From: Felis catus
Taxonomy: Eukaryota
Direction: 5' to 3'
Assembly: GCF_018350175.1 (NCBI RefSeq)
Contig: NC_058368.1
Location: forward strand, 89,158,001-89,222,000
DNA length: 64,000 nt
In this document: positions 24,513 through 38,901 of the stretch, piece after piece
Layout: every line of letters begins with the position of its first letter
Position numbering within the stretch: the stretch's first letter is position 1
The notes under the pieces: generated by a model
What the model was told of the DNA's origin: nothing
What the model saw: only the letters and a program-made list of their open reading frames with translations
The model's database searches: none
Program-made: the position numbers and the translations under genes

Positions 24513-25602
24513 TAAAAGTTATAGCCTTATTAACATACTATGTATGATATTCAGAAAAAATTGGTTATGTATAATCATTTGTATTAGTGTGCAAATATTT
24601 TGGTCCTACTCACAAATGTTGTATGATAACATTAGAAGTATGTTCCTTGACTGTATACAATGATTATCCATTACTTTAATATTGTTTTTATGCATTAAAT
24701 AATAAAAACAAACAGCTGATACAAAAGGCAAGTTAAATTATTTTTAAATAACTTATAGCTCTACCAGTGCATTTTCAGTAATGGGGAAGCCTAGATTTAA
24801 AGTTGAAAGGGATCTTAGACAGTCAGCTACATGTTTTTTGAACCATAGAGCCCATGCTGGAGGCCACCTGAGAGGCTGGAATATTCAGAGTAGAAACCCA
24901 AGTCTCCTTCCAGTCAAACACCATGACCCTCTTGAAAGTTTCTAAAAATAGGACATGATATATTCAGTTCTGTCCACTGTTTACATTTTTCATGTAGCTA
25001 TTCCTCAAAACTGGGAAATAGTGAACACAGAACTTCTGTGTGTATCCCAATGCTGTGTAAAAATACAACTGTGAAGTGAGGCTTCCCTTGCTTGAGGCAG
25101 CCCAGGCCTGGCTAACTCACAAGTGCGGGCAGAGCTGAGAGAGGGCCTTAACCTTAACAGAGGAAGGGAATAAAGTTATTATTGGCACCGTGGGAATCTT
25201 ACAGGGGAAACACATATCCCCATGGATTGAGCACTTCAACACATTTTGGTGGGCTTATAAATTGGAAAGTTTTGAGGTCAATTTTCCTAATGTTTACCAA
25301 TTTCTAAATGTGAGCATCCTCTGACTGAAAAGTTCCATTTCAAGAATCTGATCTACATAAATATTCATACCAGCACCTAAATATATAAGAGGATGTTCAC
25401 TGCAGCAGTGAAAGCAAGGGTGGAATACCACATACTTGCTACTAGGAGAACAGATAAAATGGTCTGTATATGCTATGGGTACTGTTGCACCATAAATTTT
25501 ACAGGGAGTGTGTATTATTACTTTTATAATTAAAAAAATAAGCCAATGTTTTTTTTCCATCTGCTTCATGCAAATGGAAACAATTTCAAGAAAACATTTT
25601 TT

Positions 25603-25806
25603 AAATTTTTTTCATTTATTTATTTTTGAGAGACAGAGAAAGCACAAGTGGGGAGGGGCAGAGAGAGAAGGAGACAGAATCCAAAGCAGGCTTCAGGCTC
25701 TGAGCTGTCAGCACAGAGGCTGACACGGGGCTCGAACTCACAAACTGTGAGATCATGGCCTGAGCCGAAGTCAGACGCTTAACTGACTGAGCCACCCAGG
25801 TGCCCC
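25603..25806 (-). mobile_element. CAN-SINE
   Basis: Reverse-strand body; TSD-like CAAGAAAA(C/T)ATTTTT. Confidence 0.93.
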
Positions 25807-27947
25807 TACAAGAAAATATTTTTAAAATATATAATTGTAAGTCAAAACCATCTGCTTGGATAGTCTTAACACTACAAGGTAGTGACATGACATGTTTTCG
25901 TGTCTGTCATAGTTTTCAAATCACTGCCTTTGATTGCCTCTGTAGATAGAGCCCTTCTTTCTTGTTCCTCAATGGCAGAGCCCACAATGTTCATATAACT
26001 TTATTAAGTGATGTGTCCAGTTTGCAAACTCTGGTCTCCTATCCAACTCTGACATCTGACAGGTTGTGTGCCTGCTGTGGCGGGGGGGGGGGCTGTTCTG
26101 CTTCTAGAGACCTTCTCTTCCTCCCTCTGACAACTTTTGCTGTTCTCTCAATAATGAGGCAAGAAGGAGAGATGAAGGAAACAGTGCAGCCATACCTCCC
26201 CTGGGTCCTCCCCATTCCTCAGTTGCCCCAGCTTAGGCTGAACCCCTAACCTCTGCTCCATTTGTTCATGCCAGGATATACCAATGCTCCTGTGATATTG
26301 GGTCCGCTCACTTGGAGACTACATTCTTGGGATGGATAGTGCATCAAAGTGGCTCAATTTAGATAGCTTTCCAGATATTTTTTTTTGACAGAGGAAACAC
26401 ACACCTTGTGTGTGTGTGTATATAATTTTTGTAGGGCTGGTCTAGAGGAGTGACAAGTACCCCCACCCTCCTCTCCATGGAGGATAGGGAATTGCATCTC
26501 ACCATGAACATTCCACTCCTAAGGCTTTGGTGACTCCCCCTTTCCAGTATCTTTCCCATTCTCTGCCCCACACAAAACAAATGAGCTCCTCTTTTAGCCA
26601 CGTATTTATGTCACAAGTTTTAAATTAGTTTATGGTCAATGCAAATCAATTCTATAATGATTAATCAAAGCATAAATATGAAAATTCAAAATAAGTATTC
26701 AACACAAAAAATACAAGCATAAAAGCGGGTTCATTCATACACACACAGCAACATAAGATCCAGTAGATGCTATTTCAGAGGATAGCAATGCTTGTTCTTC
26801 CCCTTAAAGATTATGGCCACATCAGATGTAGAAAGCCTAAGCTTATCATTATGTGTTCATACATGAGCCAAAATTTGTTTTTAAAAATGCTTTTTATATT
26901 GAAACTATTGTAAAAGATATATTTTCCAGAATTAAGCCTCCTCTCTGGCTGCAGTACTAGTTTCTAACATCTAAAATCTGACTGTTACAGAAAGTATTCC
27001 AAATGTAACCATCTGGCTCTTAAGTGTTAAAAAAAGATTTTTTTTTCCAAAAATAATTTAAAGGGATTATTGCAAACTTAACAATGCTGGCATTCTCCCA
27101 ACCTTACTCCAGCATGGGGGTCTTTGGTTTGGTATCCACAACCTTGGGTCTGACCTTCACCCCATTCCCATAATTCCATGTGCTTCCTTCCCAGGCTCTT
27201 CCACTGGCTCCTCCACCCTGTATCCAGGCAGCATTGTGTCTGGTGACTGTGCCTGCTTCCAAAGTCCTGGCTTGGAACTTGTTCCCACACACACCAAGAT
27301 TCATGGCCCCTCCACACACTGAGGAGACTTGGGAGGCTCTTCCTCCAACCAGCAGACCCCTGTGTACTGGCTGCCACAATTGGCATCAGGCTGAGGAACT
27401 CTCATTGTCTTCCTCTCTCCCAGCAACAATTTGGAGATGATTTTGTAGACTAAGGCCCAAAGCCATGCCATTGTGGGGCTGTGTGTATCTGTCATGGCTG
27501 CTTGCCTCCCTGATATGTTCTCCAAACCTCTCCTGGAAAGTGATCTTGGCAAAGAGTTGGTCAGCAAGAGATTTGGGAGAGACCTAGAACTGGGAAACAG
27601 AAGTAGTGGGTGGAGTTGGTTAGCATGGGGGCACTGATGAGAGGTTTTTTTTGGCCTGAAGTTGGTTTTGGAAGGGTGAACCCCACACAGACAGGGGCCC
27701 ATCTGTCATCTGACATCTACTAACCTGGGAGCTCACAACCTCATTGTAGGATCAGGTACTGACCACATTTTTAAACTGTCACTTTCCTGATGGACAAGTT
27801 GCTCTCAGTATGTTAAAGAAGAAAGAAAAGGGACCAACTGTATTAAGCTAAACAAGGTCAATAGAAGAAAATGTGTTATTTAAGTTAAATTAAGTCCCTC
27901 TGCTGGCAACCTTGGGAGGGAACCTCAGGTACAAAAAAACATAGCCT

Positions 27948-28126
27948 ATTATTTTTGTTCCTTTTCCCTTATGTTCATCTGTTTTGTCTCTTAAGTCCTC
28001 ATATGAGTGAAGTCATATGATTTTTGTCTTTCTCTGACTAATTTCACTTAGCATAATACCCTCCAGTTCCATCCATGTAGTTGCAAATGGCAAGATTTCA
28101 TTCCTTTTGATTGCCGAGTAATACTC

Positions 28127-28173
<47 letters not shown>

Positions 28174-28400
28174 ACTTCTTCTTTATCCATTCGTCCATCA
28201 ATGGAAAAATAATATAAAAACAGGGAGGGGGACAAAACAGAAGAGAATCATAAATATGGAGAAAAAACTGAGGGTTACTGGAGGGGGTGTGGAGGGGGGA
28301 TGGACTAAATGGGTAAGGAGCATTAAGGAATCTACTCTTGAAATCATTGTTAGACTATATGCTAACTAAATTGGATGTAAATTTAAAAAATAAAAAAATA
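27948..28400. mobile_element. Short L1 3' end with 5' inversion; contains (TA)n at 28132-28170
   Basis: The minus segment 27948-28205 and the plus segment 28206-28400 both break at the same L1 position (AAAATAATA). Confidence 0.8.
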
Positions 28401-31400
28401 GATGGAGGAAGGGAAGATGATGGCGTAGGAGGACGCTGGGCTCACCACGTCTTGCTGGTCACTTAGATTCCACCCACATCTCCCTAAATAACTCAGAAAA
28501 CTGCCAGAAGGCCAGCAGAATGGACTCTCCAGAGCAACGCAAAGACAAGAGGCCCATGGAAGATGGTAGGAAGGGCAGAGAAGCCATGTGTGCTACACGG
28601 ACTGGTGGGAGGGAGCCAGGGCGGTGGAGGGGCAGCCCACCTGGCAAGGCAGAGCCCATGAAGTCTGGCACAAAAGCAGGGGCTGGACAGTGTGAGTTCT
28701 GACAGCCAGCTGGACTTAATATCTGGAATGTTAAAAGTCAACAGCTTTGCTTTTGGAGAGCGGGGAGGGCAAGAGGACACCGGGAGGGAGAGTTGTTGAG
28801 CCCTGGGAGACAGAGCTCAGCTTGGCAGGGGAACAAAGGTGCTGACCAGCACCATTTCCCTCTCCCACCCCCCAGCTGAAACCACAAAGTGAACTAGTTC
28901 CCGTCACCAAATGTGCGTGCACTGTGCAAACACCCAGTGCTGTGCTTCTCTGGATCCATCCATCTGATGGGTCTGCCTCCCTCATGGTGCTGCACGGCCC
29001 CTCTCAAAGGGGACCACCCATGGCAAAACGAGCTAAGCCTGCCCCTCCCGCCCCTTTGCACCTTGCGGATCCACCCTGGCTAATATGCCAGATCCCACTG
29101 AAGCAGCACCACAAGCCCGGCAGTGTGCAAATAGCCCAGACAGGGGCCACACCACTCCAGTGAGCCGTGCCCCTGGGAGAGGGGAAGATAAGGTACACAC
29201 CAGCCTGACTGCGGCCCCGCCCACCAACACAACCTACTCCAGACAGCACAGGGGAAGTGCCTTGCAGTTTGCAGCCACCCGAGGGAATACCCAAAAATGA
29301 TTAAACAGAAGAACTCTCCTCAAAAGAAACTCCAGGAAGTAGCGACAACTAACATATTGATCAAAAACGATTTAAGCATTATAATGGAACAAGAATTTAG
29401 AATAATAGTCATAAAATTAATCACTGGTCTTGAAAAAAGCATAGAGGAGAGCAGAGAATCTATTGCTACAGAGATCAAGGGACTAAGAAATAGGAGGAGC
29501 TAAAGAATGCTACAAATGAGGTGCAAAATAAAATGGAGGTGACCACAGCACAGACGCAGAGGAGAGAATGGGTGAATTCAAAGATAAAATTATGGAAAAA
29601 GAGGAAGCTGAGAAAAAGAGAGAGAAAAAAATCCAGGACTATGAGGGGAGAATTAGAGAACTAAGTGATGCAATCAAAGGGAACAATAATCATATCATAA
29701 TAATTCCAGAAGAAGAAGAAGAGAGAGAAAGGGGCTGAAGGTGTACCAGAACAAATCATAGCTGAGAACTTCCCTGATCTGGGGAAGGAAAAAGACATTG
29801 AAATCCAAGAGGCACAGAGAACTCCCTTCAGACATAACTTGAATTGATCTTCTGCATGACATATCATAGTGAAACTGGCAAAATACAAGGATAAAGAGAA
29901 AATTCTGAAAGCAGCTAGGGATAAACATGCTCTAATTTACAGAGGTAGACCCATAAGAGTAGTCACAGACCTATCTATTGAAAGTTGGCAGCCCAGAAAG
30001 GAATGGCAGGAAATCTTCAATGTGATGAACATAAAAAAATATGCAGCCAACAATCCTTTATCCAGCAAGCCTGTCATTCAGAATAGAAGGAGAGATAAAG
30101 GTCTTCCCAAACAAATACTGAAAGAATTCATCACCACTAAACCAGCCCTACAAGAGATCCTAAGGGGTACTCTGTGAGTGAAATGTTGCAGGGACAACAA
30201 AGTACCAAAGACATTGCTACAAGCATGAAAACTACAGCCATCACAATGACTCTAAACCCATACCTTTCTATAATAACACTGAATATAAATGGACTAAATG
30301 CTCCAAACTAAAGACATAGGGTATCAGAATGGATAAAAAAAACAAGACCCATCTATTTGCTGTCTACAAGAGACTCATTTTAGACCTGAAGACACCTTCA
30401 GATTGAAAGTGAGGGGATGGAGAACTATCTATCATGCTACTGAAAGTCACAAGAAAGCTGGGGTAGCTAGCCATACTTATATCAGACAAACTAGACTTTA
30501 AATTAAAGGTTGTAACAAGAGATGAAGAAGGGCATTATATAATAATTACAGAGTCTATCCATCAGGAAGAGCTAACAAGTATAAATGTCTATGCGCCGAA
30601 TACAGGAGCCCCCAAATATATAAAACAATTATTCACAAAAATAAGCAACCTTATTGATAAGAATGTGGTAATTGCAGGGGACTTTAACACTCCACTTACA
30701 ACAATGGATAGATCTTCTAGACACACGGTCAATAAAGAAACAAGGGCCCTGAATGATACATTGGATCAGATGGACTTGACAGATATATTTAGAACTCTGC
30801 ATCCCAAAGCAACAGAATATACTTTCTTCTCGAATGCACATGGAACATCCTCCAAGATAGATCACATACTGGGTAACAAAAGAGCCCGTCATAAGTATAA
30901 AATAATTGGGATCACACCATGCATACATTCAGACCACAATGCTATGAAACTTGATATCAACCACAGGAAAAAGTCTGGCAAATCTCCAAAAGCATGGATG
31001 TTAAAGAACACCCTACTAAAGAATGAATGGGTCAACCAGGCAATTAGAGAAGAAATTTTAAAATACATAGAAACAAATGAAAATGAAAATACAACAATCC
31101 AAATCTTTGGGATGCAGTGAAGGCAGTCCTGAGAGGAAAATACATTGCAATCCAGGCCTATCTCAAGAAACAAGAAAAATCCCAAACACAAAATCTAACA
31201 GCACACCTAAAGGAAATAGAAGCAGAGCAGCAAAGACACCCCAAACCCAGCAGAAGAAGAGAAATAATAAAGATCAGAGCAGAAATAAACAATATAGAAT
31301 CTAAAAAAACTGTAGAGCAGATCAACGAAACCAAGAGTTGGTTTTTTGAAAAAATAAACAAAACTGATAAACCTCTAGTCAGGCTTCTCAAAAAGAAAAG

Positions 31401-34269
31401 AGAGAGGGCCCAAATAGATAAAATCACAAATGAAAATGGAATTATTACAACCAATCCCTCAGAAATACAAGCCATTATCAGGGAATACTATAAAAAATTA
31501 TATGCCAACAAGCTGGACCTGGAAGAAATGGACAAATTCCTAAGCACCCATGCACTTCCCAAACTCAAACAGGAATAAATAGAAAACTTGAACAGACCCA
31601 TAACCAGTGAAGAAGTTGAATCAGCCATCAAAAATCTCCCAAGGAAAGAGTCCAGGACGAGATGGCTTCCCAGGGGAATTCTACCAGATATTTAAAGCAG
31701 AGATAATACCTATCCTTCTCAAGGTGTTCCAAAAAATATAAAAAGAATTAAGACTTCCAGACTCATTCTATGAAGCCAGTATTACTTTGATTCCTAAACC
31801 AGACAGAGACCCAGCAAAAAAAAAAAGAGAACTACAGGCCAATATCCCTGATGAATACGGATGCAAAAATTCTCAATAAGATACTAACAAATCAAATTCA
31901 ACAGCATTTCCAAAGAATTATTCACCATGATCAAGTGGGATTCACTCCTTGGCTGCAGGGCGAGTTCAATATTTGCAAATCAGTCAATGTGATACATCAC
32001 ATTAATAAAAGGAAAGAAAAGAACCATATGATCCTGTCAATCTCTGCAGAAAAAGTATTTGACAAAATACAGCATCCTTGCTTAATAAAAGCCCTCGAGA
32101 AAGTTGGGATAGAAGGAACATACTTAAAGATCATAAAAGCCATTTATGAAAAGCCCACACCTACTATCATCATCAATAGAGAAAAACTGAGAGCTTTCCC
32201 CCTGAGATCAGGAACAACGCAGGGATATCCACTCTCACCGCTGTTTTTTAACATACTGTTGGAAGTTTTAGCGTCAGCAATCAAACAACAAAAGGAAATC
32301 AAAGGCATCAAATTTGGCAAAGATGAAGCCAAAGTTTCACTTTTCGCAGATGACATGATACTCTACATGGAAAACCCAACAGACTCCACCAAAAGTCTGC
32401 TAGAACTGATACATGAATTCAGCAAAGTTGCAGGATACAAAATCAATGTACAGAAATCAGTTGCATTCTTAAACACTAATAATGAAGCAACAGAAAGACA
32501 AATAAAGAAACTGATCCCATTCACAACTGCACCAAGAAGCATAAAATACCTAGGAATAAACCTAACCAAAGATGTAAAAGATCTGTATGCTGAAAACTAT
32601 AGAAAGCTTATGAAGGAAATTGAAGAAGATGCAAAGAAACGGAAAAACATTCTGTGCTCATGGATTGGAAGAATAAATATTGTTAAAATGTCAATGCTAC
32701 CCAAAGCTATCTACACATTCAATGCAATCCCAATCAAAATTGCACCAGCATTCTTCTCGAAACTAGAACAAGCAATCCTAAAATTTATCTGGAACCACAA
32801 AAGACCCCGAATAGCCAGAGTAATTTTGAAGAAGACCAAAGCATGAGGCATCACAATCCCAGACTTTAGCCTCCACTGCAAAGCTGTAATCATCAAGACA
32901 GAATGGTATTGGCTCAAAAACAGACACATAGACCGATGGAATAGAATAGAAACCCCAGAACTAGACCCACAAAAGTATGGCCAACTAATCTTTGACAAAG
33001 CAGTAAAGAATATCCAATGGAAAAAAGACAGCCTCTTTAACAAATGGTGCTGGGAGAACTGGACAGCAACATGCAGAAGGATGAAACTAGACCACTTTCT
33101 TACACCATACACAAAAATAAACTCAAAATGGATAAAGGACCTGAATGTGAGACAGGAAACCATCAAAACCCTAGAGGAGAATACAGGAAAAGACCTCTCT
33201 GACCTCACCGCAGCAATTTCTTACTTGACACATCCCCAAAGGCAAGGGAATTAAAAGCAAAAATGAACTATTGGGACCTCATGAAGATAAAAAGCTTCTG
33301 CACAGCAAAGGAAACAATCAACAAAACTAAAAGGCAAACAACGGAATGGGAAAAGATATATGCAAATGACATATCGGACAAAGGGCTAGTATCCAAAATC
33401 TATAAAGAGCTCACCAAACTCCACACAGGAAAAACAAATAATCCAGTGAAGAAATGGGAAGTTAACATGAATAGACACTTTTCCAAAGAAGACATCCAGC
33501 TGGCCAACAACAGGCACATGAAAAGATGCTCAACGTCACTCCTCATCAGGGAAATACAAATCAAAACCACACTCAGATATCACCTCTCGTCAGTCAGGGT
33601 GGCTAAAATGAACAAATCAGGAGACTATAGATGCTGTAGAGGATGTGGAGAAACGGGAACCCTCTTGCACTGTTGGTGGGAACACAAACTGGTGCAGCCA
33701 CTCTGGAAAACAGTGTGGAGTTTCCTCAAAAATTAAAAATAGACCTACCCTATGACCCAGCAGTAGCACTGCTAGGAATTTACCCACAGGATACAGGAGT
33801 GCTGAGGCACAGGAGCACTTGTACCCCAATGTTTATAGCAGCACTTCCAACAATAGCCAAATTATGGAAAGAGTCTAAATGTCCATCAAGTGATGAATGG
33901 ATAAAGAAATTGTGGTTTATATACACAATGGAATACTACGTGGCAATGAGAAAGAATGAAATATGGCCTTTTGTAGCAATGTGGATGGAACTGGAGACTG
34001 TTATGCTAATTGAAAAAAGTCATACAGACTTTTCACTCTTATGTGGATCTGTTTACACTCTTATGTGGATCCTGAGAAACTTAACAGAAGGCCATGGGGG
34101 AGAGGAAGGAAAAAAAAGGTTAGAGAGGGCAGGAGCCAAAACATAAGAGACTCTTAAAAACTGAGAACAAATTTTTGGGTGGGTGATGGGTACTGAGGAG
34201 GCACCTGTTGGGATGAGCACTGGGTGTTGTATGGAAACCAATTTGACAATAAATTTCATATTCAAAAAA
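28401..34269 (+). mobile_element. Full-length felid L1, inactivated
   Basis: GC-rich 5' UTR, ORF1 from 29297 (broken), ORF2 from ~30246 with endonuclease (GDFNTPL, SDHNA), RT (LSP, FADDMI in ORF 31851-32846) and C-terminal domain, then 3' UTR and A tail. Several stops and frameshifts. Confidence 0.95.
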
Positions 34270-36940
34270 AGAAATCAAGTAGTAAACAATAGTCTCCCAA
34301 AAAACCAGAGTCCAGGGTCATATGGCTTTCCAGAGACATTCTACCAAACATCTAAGGAAGAGTTAGCACCTATTCTTTTGAAGTTGTTCCAAAAAAATAG
34401 AAATGGAAGAAAAGTTGCAAACTCATTGTATGAAGCCAGCATTAACTTGATTGCAAAACCAAAGACCCCACTAAAAAGGAGAACTACAGACCAAATTCCC
34501 TAATGGACATGGATGCAAAAATACTCAAGACACTTGCCAACCGGATCCAACAGTACATTAAAAGAATTATTCACCACCACCAAGTGGGATTTATATCTGG
34601 GTTGCAGGGCCAGTTCAATATCTGCAAAACAAGCAACGTGATACATTATATCAATAAAAGAAGGACAAGAACGACATGATCCTCTCAATAGCTGCAGAGA
34701 AAGCATTTGACAAAATACGCATCCTTTCTTGATAAAAACCCTCAAGAAAGTAGGGATACAAGGATCATACCTCGAGATCATAAAAGCCATAAGTGAAAGA
34801 ACCGCCACTAATATCCTCAATGGGGAAAAAAACCGAGAGCTTTCCCCCTAGGGTCAGGAACAAGACAGGGTTGTCCACTCTCACCACTGTTATTCAACAT
34901 AGTATTGGAAGTCTTAGCCTTAGCAGTCAGACAATCAGCAAGATACTCTTTGCAGGCGACATGATACTCTATATGGAAAACCCAAACATTCCACCAAAAA
35001 CCTTCTGGAACTGATCCATGAATTCAGCAAAATAACAATATAAAATCAGTTCACAGAAATGGGGTGAATTCCTATACACCAATAATGAAGCAACAGAAAG
35101 AGAAACCAGGGAATTGATCCTATTTACAATTGCACCATAAACCATAAAATACCTAGGAATAAACCCAACCAAAGAGGTGAAAAATCAATACACTGAAAAC
35201 TATATTAAACTTCTGAAAGAAATTGAAGACACACAAAAAAGGGGAAAATATTCCATGCTCCTGGATTGGAAGAATAAATATTGTTAAAATGTCAATACTA
35301 CCCATAGCAATTTACATATTCAATGTAATCCCTATAAAGATAACACCAGCATTCTTCACAGAGCTAGAACAAACAATCCTACAATTTGTATGGAACCACA
35401 AAAGACCCCAAATACCCAAAGAAATCCTGAAATAGAAAACCAAAGCTGGAGGCATCACAATCCTGGACTTCAAGATGTATTACAAAGCTGTAATCATTGA
35501 GACAGTATAGTACTGGTACAAAAACAGACACTCAGATCAATGGAACAGAACAGAGAACCGAGAAATGGACCCACAAATGTATGGCCAACTAATATTTGAC
35601 AAAGCAGGAAAGAATATCCAGCGGAATAAAGACAGTCTCTTCAGCAACTGGCGCTGGGAAAACTGGACAGCAACATGCAGAAGAATGAACCTGGGCCACT
35701 TTCTTACACCATACACAAAAATAAACTCAAAATGGATGGCAGACCCAAACATAAGACAGGAAGCCATCAAAATCCTAGACGGGAGAGCAGGCAAAACCCC
35801 CTTTGACCTCAGCCACAGAAATTTCTTACTCAACATGTCTCCAAAGGCAAGGGCAACAAAAGCAAAAATGAACTATTGGGACCTATTCAAAATGAAAAGC
35901 TTCTGCACAGCAAAGGAAATAATTAGCAAAACTAAAAGGCAACCGACAGAATGGGAGAAGATATCTGCAAAGGACATATCAGATAAAGGGTTAGTATCCA
36001 AAATCTATAAAGAACTTATCAAACTCAACGCCCAAAAAACCAATAATCCAGTGAAGAAATGGGCAAAAGACATGAATACACACTTCTCCAAAGAAGACAT
36101 CCAGATGGCTAATAGACACATGAAAAAATGCTCAATATCACTCATCATCAGGGAAAGACAAATTAAAAGCTCAATGAGATATCACCTCACATCTGTCAGA
36201 ATGGCTAAAATTAACAACTCAGGCAACAACAGATGTTGGCAACGATGCAGAGAAAGAGGATCTCTTTTGCACTGCTGGTGGGAATGCAACCTGGTGCCAC
36301 CACTCTGGAAAGCAGTGTGGAGGTTTCTCAAAAAATTAAAAATATAACTACCCTATGATCCAACAGTTGCACTAACAGGTATTTATCCAAGGGATATAGG
36401 TGTGCTGTTTCGAAAGAGCACATGCACCCCAATGTTTATAGCGGTGCTATCAACAATAGCCAAAGTATGGAAAGATCCCAAATGTCCATCAATGGATGAA
36501 TGGATAAATAAGATGTGACATATATATATATCACATATACATATTGTATATACATATACAATGGAGTATTACTCGGCAATCAAACAGAATGAAATCTTGC
36601 CATTTGCAACTACATGGATGGAACTAGAGTGTATTATGCTAAGTGAAATTAGTCAGAGAAAGACAAATATCATATGATTTCACTCATATGAAGACTTTGA
36701 GAGACAAAACAGATGAACACAAGGGAAGGAAAGCAAAAATAATGGAAAAAAACAGGGAGGGGGACAAAACATAAGAGGCTCTTAAATATGGAGAACAAAC
36801 AGAGGGTTACTGGAGGGGTTGTGGGGGGGATGGGCTAAATTGGTAAGGGGCATTAAGGAATCTGCCCCTGAAGTCATTGTTTCACTATATGCTAACTAAC
36901 TTGGATATAAATTAAAAAAAAAAAAAAGAAAGAAAGAAAC
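34270..36940 (+). mobile_element. 5'-truncated L1 (ORF2 from pre-RT region to poly(A))
   Basis: ORFs 34183-36347 translate to L1 ORF2 pieces; A tail at ~36914-36940. Confidence 0.93.
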
Positions 36941-37610
36941 AGTAGAGACCCACGTGGTAGAAAAAGACCTCTGTAAAAGTCAGGCAGGGCAGACATGGAG
37001 TGGTGCTGAACTGCATAGACCTCAGACAGAGCAGAAGCTCAGGTGGACTGGGACTGGGACCATTGTGGTCCCTTTTTCAGAGAACAAGAAGCTTCACCTG
37101 GCATCAGGTGCTTGGTAAAGTCATCCATTGTGGATATGGCCAATGTGCTTAAAGCCTAGAAGGTGTCATGCCTTGCACCAGGGGCTGTATTTTATGGCCT
37201 AGCAGGGAGTAAAGGCATCGACCACTTACATGTAGCAGGAGCATGAGGGCTGGGAACTGAGAAACTGTGGAGTGAAGTGGGTGTATGATGGGGTCCCTGC
37301 CTGAGCAGGGGATAAGGTGGGGACAAGGAAGGTCTCTGGGAGGAAAGAGGCCTGAAAGATGAGGAGTTAGCTCGATCCCCAGAAGAAAGCACCACAGAGT
37401 GGGAAAAGGCACAGTTCATGCAACAAAAGCAAGAAATCCTTTGAAAACCTGAAAACTGCAGCAGGGCTGGGGTACAATACGTGACTGGAGGTGGCTTGGA
37501 GGCCAGACTGGGAGGCCCTGCAAGCCACAAAAAGGGAGCCAGGTATTCCTTAAAGGGCAAGAGACCATGGGTGATTCGTCATGCCAAAATTCAAATCAGA
37601 GTTTTTACTT

Positions 37611-38526
37611 TTAAAAGTAAAACAGTCCCTGTTTAAAACAGTCCCTGTTCCTCAGACTGTAAATGAGTGGGTTGAGCAATGGAGTGAGGATGGTGTAGAA
37701 GATGGAGGTGGCTTGGTCTCTCACTGGTGTTTTAGTGGAGGCCCACTGCATGTAGCTGAACATGGCTCCTCCATAGTACAGACCCACCACAGCTAGGTGG
37801 GAGGAACAAGTGGTCAGAGCCTTCTGTTTACCCTCAGTGGAGGGAATCCTAATGACAGCTTCAAGGACCTGGGCATAGGAAACCACAATGACACCAAGGG
37901 GCGGCAGCAGCAGCATGACCACACAGCAAGCATAGATGAGATCCTCAAAGAGCGAGGTGTCAGCACATGAGAGGTGCAGCAAGGCAGGGACCTCACAGAA
38001 GAAGTGATTCACCTCCAGAGAGTGACAGCAGGGGAAACTTAAGACCATGCCCACATCCATAACACTGTCAGCCACCCCACCCATCCAGGATGCCAGGGCC
38101 AGGAGGGAGCAAACCTGCCAGTTCATAAGCACAGGATACTGCAGGGGGTGGCAGACTGCCACATACCGGTCATAGGCCATGATTGCCAAGAGGAAGCACT
38201 CTGCTCCTCCTACCCTGACCACTAGGAAGACCTGAGTAGAACAGCCACCCCAACAGATGAACTTATGGCCCAAGAGATTAGCTGCCATCTTGGGCACCAC
38301 TGTGTTCATCATGATCAGATCCATGATGGAGAGTTGGGTGAGGAAAAAGTACATTGGAGTGTGCAGGTGCCTATTAGCCTGGATTAGCAGGAGAAAGATG
38401 TTGCCAACCAGGGCAGCAACAAAGGCCAGAAGGATAAGGGAAAAAAAAGAGGAAATCATATGTTGAGTAACTGAACAGTCCCAAAACAATGAAGTCTGAC
38501 AGGGAGGTGCGGCTCCAGAGCTCTAT
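37611..38526 (-). pseudogene. Olfactory receptor pseudogene, class II family 2 (OR2T/OR2V-like)
   Basis: Motifs GN, LHTPMYFFL, PKM, MAYDRYVAVCHPL, HFFCE, KALTTCSSHL and PLLNPLIYSLRN are present. Lesions: ATA at the start position (GCC ATA G), a +1 frameshift in an A8/T8 run at 38441-38448, no N-terminal NxS/T site (WSRTS), and a C-terminus lost after LRNR. Confidence 0.92.
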
Positions 38527-38536
38527 GGCTGAGATC

Positions 38537-38562
38537 CTGAGAACAAACAAAGGAGCAAACAA
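38537..38562 (-). promoter_or_regulatory. Splice acceptor of the OR coding exon
   Basis: Minus strand reads ttgtttgctcctttgtttgttctcag|GATCTCAGCCATAG, 10 nt before the presumed start. This is the usual layout of an OR with a 5' UTR intron. Confidence 0.6.
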
Positions 38563-38901
38563 ATGAAACTACTAATCTGGCATCTCCAAATAACCATATT
38601 TCTCCTGTTTCTTCTAAAAGACAGAGCCTGACCCTCTGACATGGCCCCACCCTTTCCTCCTGCAGTGAAAATCCATTTTTTCTTCAGCTTCCCTCAGATC
38701 CTTATCTACCAAGATTTGATCCTTACTTCTCTCAAAACACAAGGAGCAGAACCCCAGAGGAAGGGAGCCAGTGAATGCAAGGGATAGAGATAAGGGGCTT
38801 AAATGACAGGTGAATAGCTGTAGACTTAAGACATAGGTTTAAGAGGGGAAGTGAGGTATTGGGAGACAAGAAAGAAATGAGGAGAGAAAAGGGATGACAG
38901 G

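Noticed and set aside
25900..27900. Overlapping 80-133 aa ORFs in the intergenic non-repeat region
   Set aside because: No recognisable domains or exon structure; consistent with chance ORFs.
29297..34146. Active L1 or a novel reverse-transcriptase system
   Set aside because: Standard L1 endonuclease/RT with multiple stops and frameshifts in both ORFs.
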